DNA of 64,000 nt, taken from assembly GCF_028368995.1 (NCBI RefSeq), contig NZ_JAQNDL010000003.1, positions 2,496,001-2,560,000 on the forward strand, written 5' to 3'. How positions within the stretch are numbered: the stretch's first letter is position 1; each line of letters opens with the position of its first letter. This document shows positions 29,901-39,944 of this stretch, one piece after another. A program made the position numbers and the translations under genes. Under the pieces are notes generated by a model, which did not search any database, was not told where the DNA came from, and was given only the letters and a program-made list of their open reading frames with translations. Origin of the DNA: Nannocystis bainbridge. GTDB taxonomy: Bacteria > Myxococcota_A > Polyangia > Nannocystales > Nannocystaceae.

Positions 29901-30004
29901 GCCGGCGAGGCCGCCTCGGTCGCCTTCGCCTTCACCTTGGCGACCTTGCGGGTCTTGGTGGGGGCGTCGGTCTTGGTGCCGTCTGCAGAAGAAGCTCGCG
30001 CCAT
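26960..30004 (-). CDS. topA: DNA topoisomerase I with N-terminal Lys/Ala-rich extension and C-terminal zinc ribbons
   Basis: LVIVESPAKAKTI, ATDLDREGE, SAGRVQS, ITYMRTD, QEAHEAIRPT, GIGRPSTY, CPKCG...CTRYPEC. Confidence 0.97.
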   Translation of the reverse strand: MARASSADGTKTDAPTKTRKVAKVKAKATEAASPAKPKAAKKAAEDAEEGAPKEAAKKAAKKAAEPAEGGAAKKAAAKKAPAKKAAKAATPKAAKAPKAAKAPKAKAEPAEAPEEGDEDEAGSEGASARGKQLVIVESPAKAKTINKYLGPNFVVQASVGHIRDLPTKSEKGAKQPVPGVDLEHGFRPTYVVLTNKSKTVADLKRLAKNASQVWFATDLDREGEAIAWHLAEELKIPPQAARRVVFNAITQQAVHRAFANPRPIDVNKVNAQQARRILDRIVGYQASPLLWKKVARGLSAGRVQSVAVKLIVEREREIAAFVPDERWEVTVRLCVDPAQAQPLTAAWATYLATVDEKGKGPTVKAQNTWMSQHAAIESELVELGGEKFALTAVSTAPRDLSADVARAVEAVGLADVKITARDNPEGKGPQRTLRTVSGVVDPAVRYRVKSVETKRTSSRPLAPFITSSLQIAAANQMGFTTQRSMRTAQQLYEGINIPGEGQVGLITYMRTDAVSLSAEALTQIRGFIGARFGEPYLPEKPNIYTSSNKDAQEAHEAIRPTDINRRPEDVREALTDEQFKLYSLIWARTVACQMTPAQWDATAVMFERADKPTGAVVRATGRTLAFDGFLKVLGVQATDEQTLPTLGEGQAFGTFSIEPQQKFQSPPPRYTEASLVKTLEAEGIGRPSTYASIISVIQERKYVEQLDRRFYATDLGEVVTDKLVEAFKDLMDVGYTRAMEAQLDEIEDKGADWQKMLERFYGGFRRSLDIASDTMTHAKAEAQPAIYKCPKCGAPTCYRFGKNGRFLSCTRYPECDYAAPITRDGRPLLPERVDMVCPDDGSDMELRNSRFGPFLASVNFPHTKFVINLDKKEGVKLPTPPALEVDVPCPKCGAPLNLRMGKRGPWLGCSKFPKCRGRLAWTALDEEKQAALGKQLATHEKAHPPVVLKRRDGSVIAEATPVADLLIPGGLAELEIHPDVLAARAAGDQAAGDKPAPVAAAPAAAPEKAPTLPN

Positions 30005-30334
30005 GCGGGTCACGTGTGAGACGAGATACAGGAAGGAAGGGCAAGAAAAAAGCCCCGGACCTGGCGCCGCCAGGTCCACCGGAGCCTACCTCTTTAATAG
30101 AAGCCTCACGGCGGCGCCAGCGGGACGGGATGCGACGCACGGGGGCGTCGAGCGCGGTCTGGCGGTCCGAGCGCGAGTTCAGGTCCAGGACGGGAGCATT
30201 GCGCCTCTGGGGTGGAGGAGCAAGATCCCGACGCGCGGTTCTGGTCGTGCGATCTCGGCGCGCCGAGATCGTTGCTCGTCGCCCCTGGCGATCTTACGCG
30301 CGGGCGCGCGACGCGGCCGCGGCGCCCGAGGGCT

Positions 30335-31057
30335 TCACACGCCCGGCGCCGCGCCGGTGCAGCGCGGCACGTAGTCCGGGTTCTTCATCTCGCACACGTC
30401 CTCGATGCACGGGCAGCCGAGCGCGTAGCAGTAGCCGCGCGAGCTGGCGACGCCGAGCTGCTCGATGCAGTCGATCAGGCTCTTCTGGTCGCCCTGCGAG
30501 AAGACCGTGCAGCCCTCGGCGAACGCGTCCTGGTTGGTCGCGTGCTGCGGGCCCCAGCCGGTGCGCTTGGCGACGATGTCGGTGCCGTTGGCCGCGCGCC
30601 ACTTGCCGTCGACCATGATGCAGTCGCGGGCCGGGTCGAGCTCCTGCGTCTGGCAGCACTGCGAGCCCGTGCAGATCTCGTTGATCGTGGCCGTGTCCCA
30701 CTTCGGGTTGCACGGCACCGGGCAGCCGTTGATGAGCGGGCTGTCGAAGCCCGTCTTGACGCACATGCCCTGGGTGCTGAGCGCGTTGTTGTTGTCGGAG
30801 AACAGCGGCGCCCCGTACCGATCGTTGCTGACCCCGTCCATGTGGTAGTTCGGCAGCTTGCCGCCGACGGTCGCCGGATCGTCCGAGCAGCACGTCTCCT
30901 CGCCCGGGCAGCCGTTGTCGCCTTGCTTGGTCGCCTGGGCCGGGTTGCAGCGGAACGACGGGATATCGAGCTCCGGCTCGAAGCACGCGACCGAGGTCAC
31001 GGCGCCCACGCTAAACAGGGCGGCGTAGGTCAGGGCAGTCTTGAGGAGGTTCAACAC
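30335..31057 (-). CDS. Cys-rich lipoprotein of unknown function
   Basis: GTG start with upstream AAGGAG, lipobox VAC, many Cys including CCSDDP. Confidence 0.8.
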   Translation of the reverse strand: MLNLLKTALTYAALFSVGAVTSVACFEPELDIPSFRCNPAQATKQGDNGCPGEETCCSDDPATVGGKLPNYHMDGVSNDRYGAPLFSDNNNALSTQGMCVKTGFDSPLINGCPVPCNPKWDTATINEICTGSQCCQTQELDPARDCIMVDGKWRAANGTDIVAKRTGWGPQHATNQDAFAEGCTVFSQGDQKSLIDCIEQLGVASSRGYCYALGCPCIEDVCEMKNPDYVPRCTGAAPGV

Positions 31058-31412
31058 GGACTCCTTGCGGCAGCGTCAACGTGGCACATCCGGCCACAGC
31101 TTGTAAAGCATCCGTCGCGCCCGCCCGCCTGCGCCACCTCGCACTCGCCGCTCGCCGCCTCGCGTCCGCCGCCATTTGTCCATGTGGCTGCAGCCGCGGC
31201 GCCACGCGACCGCCGCCGTGCACGCGTCCCCACGTACACGCGGCGGCCCGAATGGCGAGGACGGCGTGGCGCGTATCGACCGTGTGTCCACTTCTTCACG
31301 ACCGTCCGCACCGCTGCGCGATGACTTCGCGCGCCCGGCTCAGGACACGCGCTGTCCGCATCCCGGCCAGGCTTTTGGCAGTTCCCCCGCGCCCAGCTAT
31401 CCTCGCTCCACC

Positions 31413-33590
31413 ATGACAGTACCGCTGGGTCTCGGGGCCTCGCCCCGGCTCGTGCGCGCGCGACCGCTTGCGGTGCGCTGGAGCGCGATTTTCGCCCTCT
31501 GTTTCGCCTGCTCGAGCACCCCACCTGCGGATCTCCCCTCCGCACCGGAGCCCGAGGTCCCCACCGGAGCCGCCTCCGGCGCCGTGCCGCGCCGGCCCGA
31601 CGAACCCACCGCGCCCCCGGCCGCCCTGGTGTTCCCCAAGACCAGCCAGCGCGAGCAGCCCGCGGGCCACGCCTGGGTGTTCGACGGCTCCGGCGGCGAG
31701 CCCAAGCGGCAGGAGATCGCCGCGGTCGAGGCCGCCGGCTACACGGTCGTCGACCTCGGCAACGGCTGGGTCCCGTACATCTTCAGCGAGAAGACCGTCG
31801 CCGTCGACGACAACCAGCCCAACGACTACCGCAAGCGCTACGTCGACCTCGCCAACAACCGCGTCGACGCCGACGGCGAGGCGCTCGACAAGCACGAGCG
31901 CAACTTCCTCGAGCTGTACGGGATCCCGCCGACGCTCCAGGTCGTCGCCGGCGAGTGGCGCGCCGTCGACGGCGAGATCGGCCCGTGTCTCGAGGCCGCC
32001 GGGTTCGACCCCGAGGTCCTCCGCGCGTGGACCGGCGGCGGCATCGCTTACGAGACCAAGAAGATGGGCGACGCCCGCCGGGTCGCGCGGCTCAAGGCCG
32101 GCCTCGAGAAGGACCTCAAGAAGGCCAAGCTCGACCCGACCGACCTCGAGCAGGCCAAGGGTCACCCCAAGCTCGGGCGCGCCTACGAAAATTGGCGCGC
32201 GCTGCAGAGCAAGGTCGACGTCATCGACCACGCCCAGCGCCGGCTCCGCTGCGAGAAGATGTTCCAGTCGGCCGAGGGCGAGGGCACCTACACCAAGGGC
32301 GAGTTCGACTCGGCGACCACCCACGCGCTGGCGCAGTTCGAGAAGAAGCACGCCATCATGGGCTGGGGCCACTTCACGCGCGAGAACATCGAGGCCCTGG
32401 CGCGCACGCAGGACGAGAGCGCCCACCGCCGGCTGCTGCGGGTCGTCGAGGAGCGCGTCGTCTCGGCCGCGGCGATCGTCGAGGACGGCAGCGCCGCGCG
32501 CTGGAAGTCCAAGTTCCGCTGGAAGGACCGCCGCGGCGAGGAGCAGCCGCTGCGCGACCTGGTGCGCGAGTCGGTCGACGCCGCCGTCGCCGCGCTCGAC
32601 CTCGGCACCCCCGAGAAGGCCCGGCGCCAGCTCGACAAGCTCAGCGAGCTCGGCAGCGGCAACTTCGAGGACCTGCTGGTCGCGATCAAGCTGCCGCCGC
32701 GGCCCGACTATTACCTCGAGGACATGACCTTCGAGGTCGTCATCGACCGCGGCGACGTCTGGTACGACTTCCCGTTCGACACCAGCGGCAAGCGCCTCAG
32801 CCAGCCGCGCGAGCGCTACCCGCACATCACCGTCTACACCGTCTTCGACGGCCAGAAGATCCCGCTGATCCACTGGCGCACCACCATCGGCTCGTGGCGC
32901 AGCGAGCTGTACGGCGGCGGCGAGCACTACAAGTACAAGGACTCCGACGTCGGCCCGCGGGTGTGGAAGGAGATCGTGGCGGCGCCGGTGTGGATCCCGC
33001 CGGCGACCACGCCGCCGCGCGAGCTGGTGCGCCGCAAGTGGAAGGACGGCCGGGTCCGCACGGTCGTCAACAACGCCGAGTTCGGGCCCAGCTACACCTC
33101 GGCCTACGGGCTCGTCGCGGCCTACCACATCAAAGAGATCAAGAACCCCGACGGCACCCTCAAGGCCGACTTCGACAACTCGATCCGGACCCACGGCAGC
33201 GTCGATTACATGTCGATCCTGCGCCGCTACTCGCACGGGTGTCACCGCCTCTACAACATGTCGGCGGTGCGGCTGTTCTCGTTCATCCTCGGCCACCGCC
33301 AGTTCATGCGCGAGGGCCAGATCAAGCTGGGGTTCTCCCGCGAGTTCGTGCACGAGAACCAGACCTTCAAGATCGCCCTCAAGACCCGGGGTTACCGTTA
33401 CAAGCTCGCCCAGCCGATCGCCGTCGATGTCACCGAGGGCCGGATCAAGGGCACGCGGCAGAAGCCGATCGAGGGCTACATCCCCAAGCCGAACGACACG
33501 CCTGCGCCCGCTGACGGCCCCGCCGCCGAGACGCCCGGCGCGACCGAGCCCGCAGCCTCCGCGGAGAGCAGCACGCTCAGCCCCAGCTGA
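31413..33590 (+). CDS. L,D-transpeptidase (YkuD-like) lipoprotein with peptidoglycan-binding domain
   Basis: FAC lipobox, GEFDSATTHALAQFE (PG-binding), PVWIPP, IRTHGS....SHGCHRL catalytic motif. Confidence 0.85.
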   Translation: MTVPLGLGASPRLVRARPLAVRWSAIFALCFACSSTPPADLPSAPEPEVPTGAASGAVPRRPDEPTAPPAALVFPKTSQREQPAGHAWVFDGSGGEPKRQEIAAVEAAGYTVVDLGNGWVPYIFSEKTVAVDDNQPNDYRKRYVDLANNRVDADGEALDKHERNFLELYGIPPTLQVVAGEWRAVDGEIGPCLEAAGFDPEVLRAWTGGGIAYETKKMGDARRVARLKAGLEKDLKKAKLDPTDLEQAKGHPKLGRAYENWRALQSKVDVIDHAQRRLRCEKMFQSAEGEGTYTKGEFDSATTHALAQFEKKHAIMGWGHFTRENIEALARTQDESAHRRLLRVVEERVVSAAAIVEDGSAARWKSKFRWKDRRGEEQPLRDLVRESVDAAVAALDLGTPEKARRQLDKLSELGSGNFEDLLVAIKLPPRPDYYLEDMTFEVVIDRGDVWYDFPFDTSGKRLSQPRERYPHITVYTVFDGQKIPLIHWRTTIGSWRSELYGGGEHYKYKDSDVGPRVWKEIVAAPVWIPPATTPPRELVRRKWKDGRVRTVVNNAEFGPSYTSAYGLVAAYHIKEIKNPDGTLKADFDNSIRTHGSVDYMSILRRYSHGCHRLYNMSAVRLFSFILGHRQFMREGQIKLGFSREFVHENQTFKIALKTRGYRYKLAQPIAVDVTEGRIKGTRQKPIEGYIPKPNDTPAPADGPAAETPGATEPAASAESSTLSPS

Positions 33591-33715
33591 TGTGGGTTAG
33601 CGCACCCACCTGCCAAGTCCTCGCCGCCACGCGCGTGTGCTGCAAGCCTCGCGTGGCGCGCCGGTCTCGTGTTCGCGCTTGCTGAGGCGCCGGCCCGGGC
33701 GCAAGATTCCGCGCC

Positions 33716-34519
33716 GTGCAGCGCAACCTCGAGACCGGCTTCGAAGACAGCTACCGTCGTCACCTCGTCGTCGAGCAACGCAAGGCCGTGCTCGAGACCA
33801 TCGCCCGCGAATTGAACCCGACGACGACGACGCTCGGCGACATCGTCGACGCCGCGCAAGAGCTCGGTTGGGGCGACGCGATGGGCGAGCTGTCGCTCGG
33901 TGAGTTCGCCGAGGCCCTGCTCGGCGGAGAGGTCGCCGCGCCGGCCCTGCCGCCCGCGGTCGCCGACGCCGGCCAGGACGACGACGAGGAGGCCGACGAG
34001 GTCGACGACGAGGACGAGGACGACGCGTTCGCCGACGCCGAAGAGGACGAAGACGACCTCAACGAGACCGAGGAAGACATCGCGCCGCCGCCTCCGCCCA
34101 AGGCCAGCAAGGCCAAGACCAAGGTCAAGGCCAAGGCCAGCGCCAAGAAGATCGCCAAGGCCGCCAAGGGCAAGAGCGGCCGCGCCGTCCCGACCCAGAC
34201 CGCGCTGCCCAACATCCCGGCCACCCCGGCCAAGAAGGGCGCCGCCGCCAGCAACAAGAAGCTGAGCAAGAAGGCCGCCAAGAAGGCCGCCATGTACGTC
34301 GCTGCCATGCAGGACGACAGCGACGCGATGAACCTCGACCAGGCCGCCAAGCTGCTGGTCCCGATCGTCCGCAAGCTCAAGGAGGCGACCATGCAGGACC
34401 TCGAGGAGCAGACCGGCATGGGTCGCCGCAAGCTGCGCTTCCACATCGGCCAGCTGGTCAAGCACGGCCGCCTCAAGCGCCACGGCATGGGCCGCGGCAC
34501 CTGCTACACCGTCAAGTGA
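33716..34519 (+). CDS. Putative DNA-binding protein with acidic tract, histone H1-like Lys/Ala tract and C-terminal winged helix
   Basis: DDDEEADEVDDEDEDD tract, KASKAKTKVKAKASAKK tract, and EATMQDLEEQTGMGRRKLRFHIGQLVKHGRLKRHGMGRGTCY. Confidence 0.8.
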   Translation: MQRNLETGFEDSYRRHLVVEQRKAVLETIARELNPTTTTLGDIVDAAQELGWGDAMGELSLGEFAEALLGGEVAAPALPPAVADAGQDDDEEADEVDDEDEDDAFADAEEDEDDLNETEEDIAPPPPPKASKAKTKVKAKASAKKIAKAAKGKSGRAVPTQTALPNIPATPAKKGAAASNKKLSKKAAKKAAMYVAAMQDDSDAMNLDQAAKLLVPIVRKLKEATMQDLEEQTGMGRRKLRFHIGQLVKHGRLKRHGMGRGTCYTVK

Positions 34520-34622
34520 CCTGTCCTCCGGGCCAGGTGGAAGTCACCTGGCCCTCGGGACAGTCTGTCCGCCGACCGCGGCGCCCCCGATGTCCCGGCG
34601 GCGCCGCTTCGCGCGTCCGGCC

Positions 34623-37049
34623 TCAGCCCGGCAGCGGGCACTTGCCGGTGCCGCTGGCCGAGTTGTTGTCGACCCGGCACTCGTGCCACGCGTGCATCGG
34701 CATCGCATCGTCGACGACCACCCACACCACCGACGACCCGTCGAGCACCGCGGGCGGCGCGTTGGGCAGCAGCAGCGTCACGTCCTCGGCCTCGGCCGGG
34801 TACAGCACCTTGGTCGTCAAACCCGAGCCGAGCAGCACGCCGCCGTCGTTCGGGTCGCCCTCGAAGAAATGCACCGGCACGCCGGCCGGCACCGACGCCT
34901 CGCCGATGTTGCGCACGCGCCCGACCAGCCCGTACGGGTCGGGCTCGCACGCCAGACGCAGGTCGACGATCAGGTCGGGCGCCGCGAACTCGCCCTCGGG
35001 CTGGACGTTCTGGCGGTAGTTGTTGAGCCCGGGCGTGAGCCAGTTGGTCGGCTCGATCGCGGGGATCTTCCCGCCCTCCTCGGTGTTCGTGACGTGATAC
35101 GCGTGCTGGTTCCACACCCGCCGCGTCCGCACCCACTGGCCCTCGCTGTCGCCGAAGATCCGCACGCCCGTCTGCTTGGTCCCGTCGCAGGTGATGCCCG
35201 AGTAGTTGTTCGAGACCGCGACGATGTCCGCGTGGCCGTCGCTGTCCACGTCGGCGATCACCGGGTACTCCTGCAGCGTGCCGGTGGTATTGCAAGTGCT
35301 CCACAGCTCCTCGCCGTCGCTGCCGCGGTAGACGCGGAGCCGGATCTCGTCGGAGTAGACCACCTCCGCGCTGCCGTCGCCGTCGAAGTCGAACACCGAC
35401 GAGCCCGTCGACGCCGACGAGCAGTCGCGCGTCTGCTTGATCCACATGAACGTGTCCGCGTCGGCCACGTTCGGGTCCATCAGCTTCTTGCCGTCGAACA
35501 CCGCGTAGCCGACCCCGCCCGCGACCGCCACGTCGGGCGTGCCGTCGCCGTTGAAGTCGGCGATCGTCGGCGGCCCGCCGCCGCGCAGGTTGCCGGCCGA
35601 GCCCTCCGGGCACAGTTCCGGCGACAGCGCCCCGTTGATGTCGATGCCGGCGCGGAGGATCTGCGCCCCGCCCATCGCCTGCGGGTCGTGGCGCCACAGC
35701 AGCAGGTGGTGCGGCACCGTCATGCTGTTGGCGTTCGAGATCACCGCGACCTCCGGCTTGCCGTCGAGGTCGAGGTCGGCGATCGCGGGATAGGTCCCCT
35801 CGAGCCCGGTCGTCGCCAGCACCCCGCCGGCCGCGTTGAAGGCCCCGCGCGAGTAGACGATGTCGAGCTGCCCGTCGACATCGAGGTCGGCCGCCATGTT
35901 GTGACCGCCGACGCCGAGCATCAGCTTCGTCGCCCCCGTCGCTCCGTCGAGCACCGCGCCCGGCACCAGGATCTCCGGCTTGCCGTCCTGGTCGAGGTCC
36001 GCGATCGACACGAAGTTACAGGCCCCGCTGTACGTCGAGGTCCACAGCGGCTGGCCGTCGCCGGTGAACGCCCGCGTCTTGCCGCTCGACGAGCAGGCCA
36101 CCAGCTCGTTGCCCGGCAGGCCGTCGATGTCAGCGCCGGCCAGCTCGCGCCCGGGCGCGATCGGGTCGACCATGCCGGCGTTGTAGCTCCACTTCTCGAC
36201 GATCTCGCCGCCGACGATCGAGATCACGCGGATCGTCCCGTTGTCCTGATAGACCCCGCCGACGAACGTCGTGAACGCGATCTCCGGGATGTCGCGCTCG
36301 TCGACGATGCTGTCGCAGTTGTCGTCGTCGAGCTGGACCACGATCGGCGTCATCATCACCGTGCCGGCGTCCCAGTGGTACTTGACCGACGGCGTGAACT
36401 GGCCCGCGCCCGGGATGTACTGACAGGATGCCAGGCAGGTCGGCGGATCGCCCGGGTCCTCGCCCTCCAGGCACTTCGGCGGCGCCGGCAGGCACTTGCC
36501 CGTGGCCGGCACGATCCCGCCCATGCACATCTCGTCGCCGCCCATCATCGCCGGCTCGCCGAGGCTGTACTCGCAGTACTCCTCGTCGGCGCACTCGCTG
36601 GCGTCGATGCACGCATCGCCCGGCGTCACGCAGGCGTTGAACGAGCAGATGTCGCCCTGCGGGCAGCACACCTCGCCGCACGCGTGGTCCTCGTCCGGGC
36701 AGCACTCGGCGCCGATGCACACGCCCCCCTTCGCCTCGCAGTCGGCCGGGCACACCGCGCCGCCCGTCGTCTCGCTCGTGCTGCCCGTCGTCGGCTCGCC
36801 GGTCGTGGTCGACTCCGCCGCCGTCGTCGCCTCGCTCGCCGACTCGCTCCCGCCGCCCTCGCTCGTCGAAGTCGGCGCCGTCTCCGTCCCCGTCGGCGCC
36901 GTCTCCGTCCCCGTCGGCGCGCCCGTCCCGGTCGTCGGACCGCCCGTCATCGTCAGCCCCGCGCTGTCCGTCCGCCCGTCGTCCCCACAACCGCTCAGCG
37001 CCCCGCACAGCGCCGCTGCCCAGCCGATTCCCCGCAAGCTCGTCGTCAT
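34623..37049 (-). CDS. Secreted FG-GAP repeat lipoprotein with C-terminal CARDB-like domain
   Basis: LSGC lipobox, Thr-rich linker, repeated ADLD.DG.PE / FDFDGDG motifs, WNQHAY, APDL...VRNIG. Confidence 0.88.
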   Translation of the reverse strand: MTTSLRGIGWAAALCGALSGCGDDGRTDSAGLTMTGGPTTGTGAPTGTETAPTGTETAPTSTSEGGGSESASEATTAAESTTTGEPTTGSTSETTGGAVCPADCEAKGGVCIGAECCPDEDHACGEVCCPQGDICSFNACVTPGDACIDASECADEEYCEYSLGEPAMMGGDEMCMGGIVPATGKCLPAPPKCLEGEDPGDPPTCLASCQYIPGAGQFTPSVKYHWDAGTVMMTPIVVQLDDDNCDSIVDERDIPEIAFTTFVGGVYQDNGTIRVISIVGGEIVEKWSYNAGMVDPIAPGRELAGADIDGLPGNELVACSSSGKTRAFTGDGQPLWTSTYSGACNFVSIADLDQDGKPEILVPGAVLDGATGATKLMLGVGGHNMAADLDVDGQLDIVYSRGAFNAAGGVLATTGLEGTYPAIADLDLDGKPEVAVISNANSMTVPHHLLLWRHDPQAMGGAQILRAGIDINGALSPELCPEGSAGNLRGGGPPTIADFNGDGTPDVAVAGGVGYAVFDGKKLMDPNVADADTFMWIKQTRDCSSASTGSSVFDFDGDGSAEVVYSDEIRLRVYRGSDGEELWSTCNTTGTLQEYPVIADVDSDGHADIVAVSNNYSGITCDGTKQTGVRIFGDSEGQWVRTRRVWNQHAYHVTNTEEGGKIPAIEPTNWLTPGLNNYRQNVQPEGEFAAPDLIVDLRLACEPDPYGLVGRVRNIGEASVPAGVPVHFFEGDPNDGGVLLGSGLTTKVLYPAEAEDVTLLLPNAPPAVLDGSSVVWVVVDDAMPMHAWHECRVDNNSASGTGKCPLPG

Positions 37050-37191
37050 CGGGCGGCAGGGTACAGACGCCCGCGCGAGCCGAGCAAGCCGCCGCGTGCG
37101 TCTCGTTGCGCGCCGCGTCCGCTGCGCGGCTCGATAACGATCGACGAAATCCACGTCACGCCGCGACCCCGCGACTTCCTCGTCGCTTTTA

Positions 37192-37309
37192 ACATGTCCT
37201 GAAGGACAGGACATGTCCTGCGAATCCGCAGCGCGCCGCCGACCTGTCCCGCGCCGCAGCGCCGACGTAACCGATCGAACTACATGTCCGCAAAGACAGG
37301 TCCATCCGC
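37192..37309. repeat. 14-bp repeat family units in a divergent intergenic region
   Basis: acatgtcctgaagg/acagg acatgtcc and acatgtccgcaaag/acaggtccatccgc; includes the perfect palindrome tgtcctgaaggaca arms. Confidence 0.65.
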
Positions 37310-37571
37310 AAGGTCGGAGCCGGGCCGGCGGACCCGCCGCCGTACGATCTTCCGTCGCGCACCCATCCGGACGGTCCCCCCGCGCCCCCTCGCCTCGTCG
37401 GGCCCCGACTGGCAGAGAGGCGGCCCTTTCGTAACTTTTGGCGTGCGCAACTGCGCCGCGCGATTCGACGCCGGCGCACGTCTGCTGGTGCCCCGAGACC
37501 ACACTCTGTTATTGAAGAGGGGTTTCTGGGCGACAGTTCTTTTCGCGGCCTGGCGCCGGCGTGGAGGAGTC

Positions 37572-39944
37572 ATGAAGCGATCCATCATCCGAATCAGCCA
37601 TCATTGTGCATCTGTCCTTTCGACCATGTGGATAGTGACCGCTTGCGGTCAGGGCGATCCGACGGCCACCGCGGGTGCGACCGACGGCTCGACTACCAGC
37701 GAGGTCCAGACCGGTACGACCGCCCCGGCCTCGACCGGCGTCATCCCGACCACCGGCACGCCGACGACGACGACGACGATCGGCATGAGCGGCACCGTCG
37801 ATCCGACCACCGACGGTCCTTCGACCACGACGACCACCACCACCGGCGAGACCGACAGCACCACCGGCGAGCCCGACCCCGTCTGCGGCGACGGCCAGCT
37901 CGACCCGGGCGAAGCCTGCGACGACGGCCCCGACAACGGCGCTGGCAAGCCGTGCAACATGCAGTGTCAGGCCAACACTTGCGGCGACGGCGATCAGGGC
38001 CCCGGCGAGGAGTGTGACGACGGCGCCGACAACATGGACACCAATAGCTGCAAGGCCGACTGCACCGACAACGTCTGCGGCGACGGGGCCGTCGGGCCGG
38101 GCGAGGGCTGCGACGACGGCAACGAAGACGATAGCGACGACTGTACCAATTCCTGCGCGCTCGCCAGCTGCGGCGACGGTATCGTCGCCCCGACCGAGCA
38201 GTGTGACGACGGCAACGCCGACAACAGCGACGATTGCACCGACACCTGCACCGACGCCACCTGCAGCGACGGTCACGTCCAGGACAGCGTCGGCGAACAG
38301 TGCGACGACGGCAACGCCAACGCCGACAACGCCGCCTGCACCACCAGCTGCAAGCTCAACGTCTGCGGCGACGGGGCCCTCTACAACACCGGCGACGGCA
38401 TCGAGGAGTGCGACGACGGCGTCGACAACGGGGCAGGCAAGGCCTGCAACGCCGGGTGTCAATTCAACACCTGCGGCGACGGCGACCAGGGCCCCGGCGA
38501 GGCCTGCGACGACGGCGACCTCGATCCGGGCGACGGCTGCTCGGCCACTTGCAAGCTCGAGGAGTGCGGCAACGGCACCCTCGATCCGGGCGAGGACTGC
38601 GACGACGGGCAGAACGGCGATGACGACGACGGCTGCACCGACAGCTGCGAGCTCCCCGCCTGCGGCGACGGCATCCATCAGCCCAACGAGGGCGAGCAGT
38701 GCGACTTCGGCGGCAGCAACAGCGACAGCGGCGCCTGCACCGTCGCTTGCAAGCTCGCCACCTGCGGCGACAGTTTCGTCCAGGCCAACGTCGAGCAGTG
38801 CGACGACGGCGTCAACAACGGCCCCGGCAAGCCGTGCAACGCCATGTGCAAGACCAACATCTGCGGCGACGGCGACAAGAGCCCCAGCGAGGCCTGCGAC
38901 GACGGCAACCAGAGCAACGACGACGCCTGCACCAACGTCTGCAAGCTCGCCACCTGCGGCGACGGCTTCAAGCAGCCCGGCGAGCAGTGTGACGCCGGCA
39001 TCGGCAACAGCAACACCGGCGTCTGCACCCTCGCCTGCAAGAACCCGATCTGCGGCGACACCTTCGTCCAGCCCGGCAAGGGCGAGCAGTGCGACGACGG
39101 CAACCTGTCCGACAACGACGCCTGCCTCAACACCTGCAAGTCCGCCAGCTGCGGCGACGCCATCGTCCATCAGGGCGTGGAGCAGTGCGACGACGGCAAC
39201 GCCAACAACAACGATTTCTGCAACAATCAGTGTCTGCTGCCGACCTGCAGCGACGGCGTCAAGAACGGCAGCGAGAGCGACGTCGACTGCGGCGGCTCGT
39301 GTGGCAAGTGCGGCCTCGGCGGCTCGTGCCAGAACAACAGCGACTGCGCCCAGCAGGCCTGCATCAACAACGTCTGCGCATTGACCAAGAGCTGCAAGGA
39401 GCTCAAGCAGGCCAACCCCGCGCTCGGCGACGGCGACTACACCATCGATCCGGACGCCGGCGGCGCGGTCCAGCCGCTCGTCGTCCATTGCGACATGGAC
39501 GCCGGCGCCTGCGGCTACACCATGGTCCGCTTCAACGATAACGCGCTCGGCAGCCACCAGGACGCCTACACCAACAAGTGCGCCGCCGTCGGCATGGAGG
39601 TCATCGTCCCGCGGACAAAGGTCCACGCCACCGCGATCGTCGGCTGGAACGGCGGCGTCGTGCCCAACCTCTACAACGTGTTCCCCAAGAACAACGGCGC
39701 CCAGGCCATCACCAACTGGACCGGCCGCTGCCAGGGCCAGCCGTGCACGTTCTGGATGACCGACAACGCCCAGGGCAACGTCTCGTGCATGGCGCCGCCC
39801 TCGTTCGAGCCCAACGGCGACAACAGCGTCAATTATCGCATCTACAAGTGGAACGAGGGCTGCGGCATCGAGGGCGGCTGGAACGACGCCAACGCCTCGG
39901 TCATGTACACCGGCTGGGTGGTCTGCTCGACCAACGACTGCTGA
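37572..39944 (+). CDS. Myxococcal Cys-rich repeat (DUF4215-like) lipoprotein with fibrinogen-like junction
   Basis: RBS GGAGGAG, TAC lipobox, Thr-rich linker, many CGDG....GE.CDDG repeats, ESDVDCGG, SCKELK...DG.YTIDPD...VHCDM. Confidence 0.9.
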   Translation: MKRSIIRISHHCASVLSTMWIVTACGQGDPTATAGATDGSTTSEVQTGTTAPASTGVIPTTGTPTTTTTIGMSGTVDPTTDGPSTTTTTTTGETDSTTGEPDPVCGDGQLDPGEACDDGPDNGAGKPCNMQCQANTCGDGDQGPGEECDDGADNMDTNSCKADCTDNVCGDGAVGPGEGCDDGNEDDSDDCTNSCALASCGDGIVAPTEQCDDGNADNSDDCTDTCTDATCSDGHVQDSVGEQCDDGNANADNAACTTSCKLNVCGDGALYNTGDGIEECDDGVDNGAGKACNAGCQFNTCGDGDQGPGEACDDGDLDPGDGCSATCKLEECGNGTLDPGEDCDDGQNGDDDDGCTDSCELPACGDGIHQPNEGEQCDFGGSNSDSGACTVACKLATCGDSFVQANVEQCDDGVNNGPGKPCNAMCKTNICGDGDKSPSEACDDGNQSNDDACTNVCKLATCGDGFKQPGEQCDAGIGNSNTGVCTLACKNPICGDTFVQPGKGEQCDDGNLSDNDACLNTCKSASCGDAIVHQGVEQCDDGNANNNDFCNNQCLLPTCSDGVKNGSESDVDCGGSCGKCGLGGSCQNNSDCAQQACINNVCALTKSCKELKQANPALGDGDYTIDPDAGGAVQPLVVHCDMDAGACGYTMVRFNDNALGSHQDAYTNKCAAVGMEVIVPRTKVHATAIVGWNGGVVPNLYNVFPKNNGAQAITNWTGRCQGQPCTFWMTDNAQGNVSCMAPPSFEPNGDNSVNYRIYKWNEGCGIEGGWNDANASVMYTGWVVCSTNDC

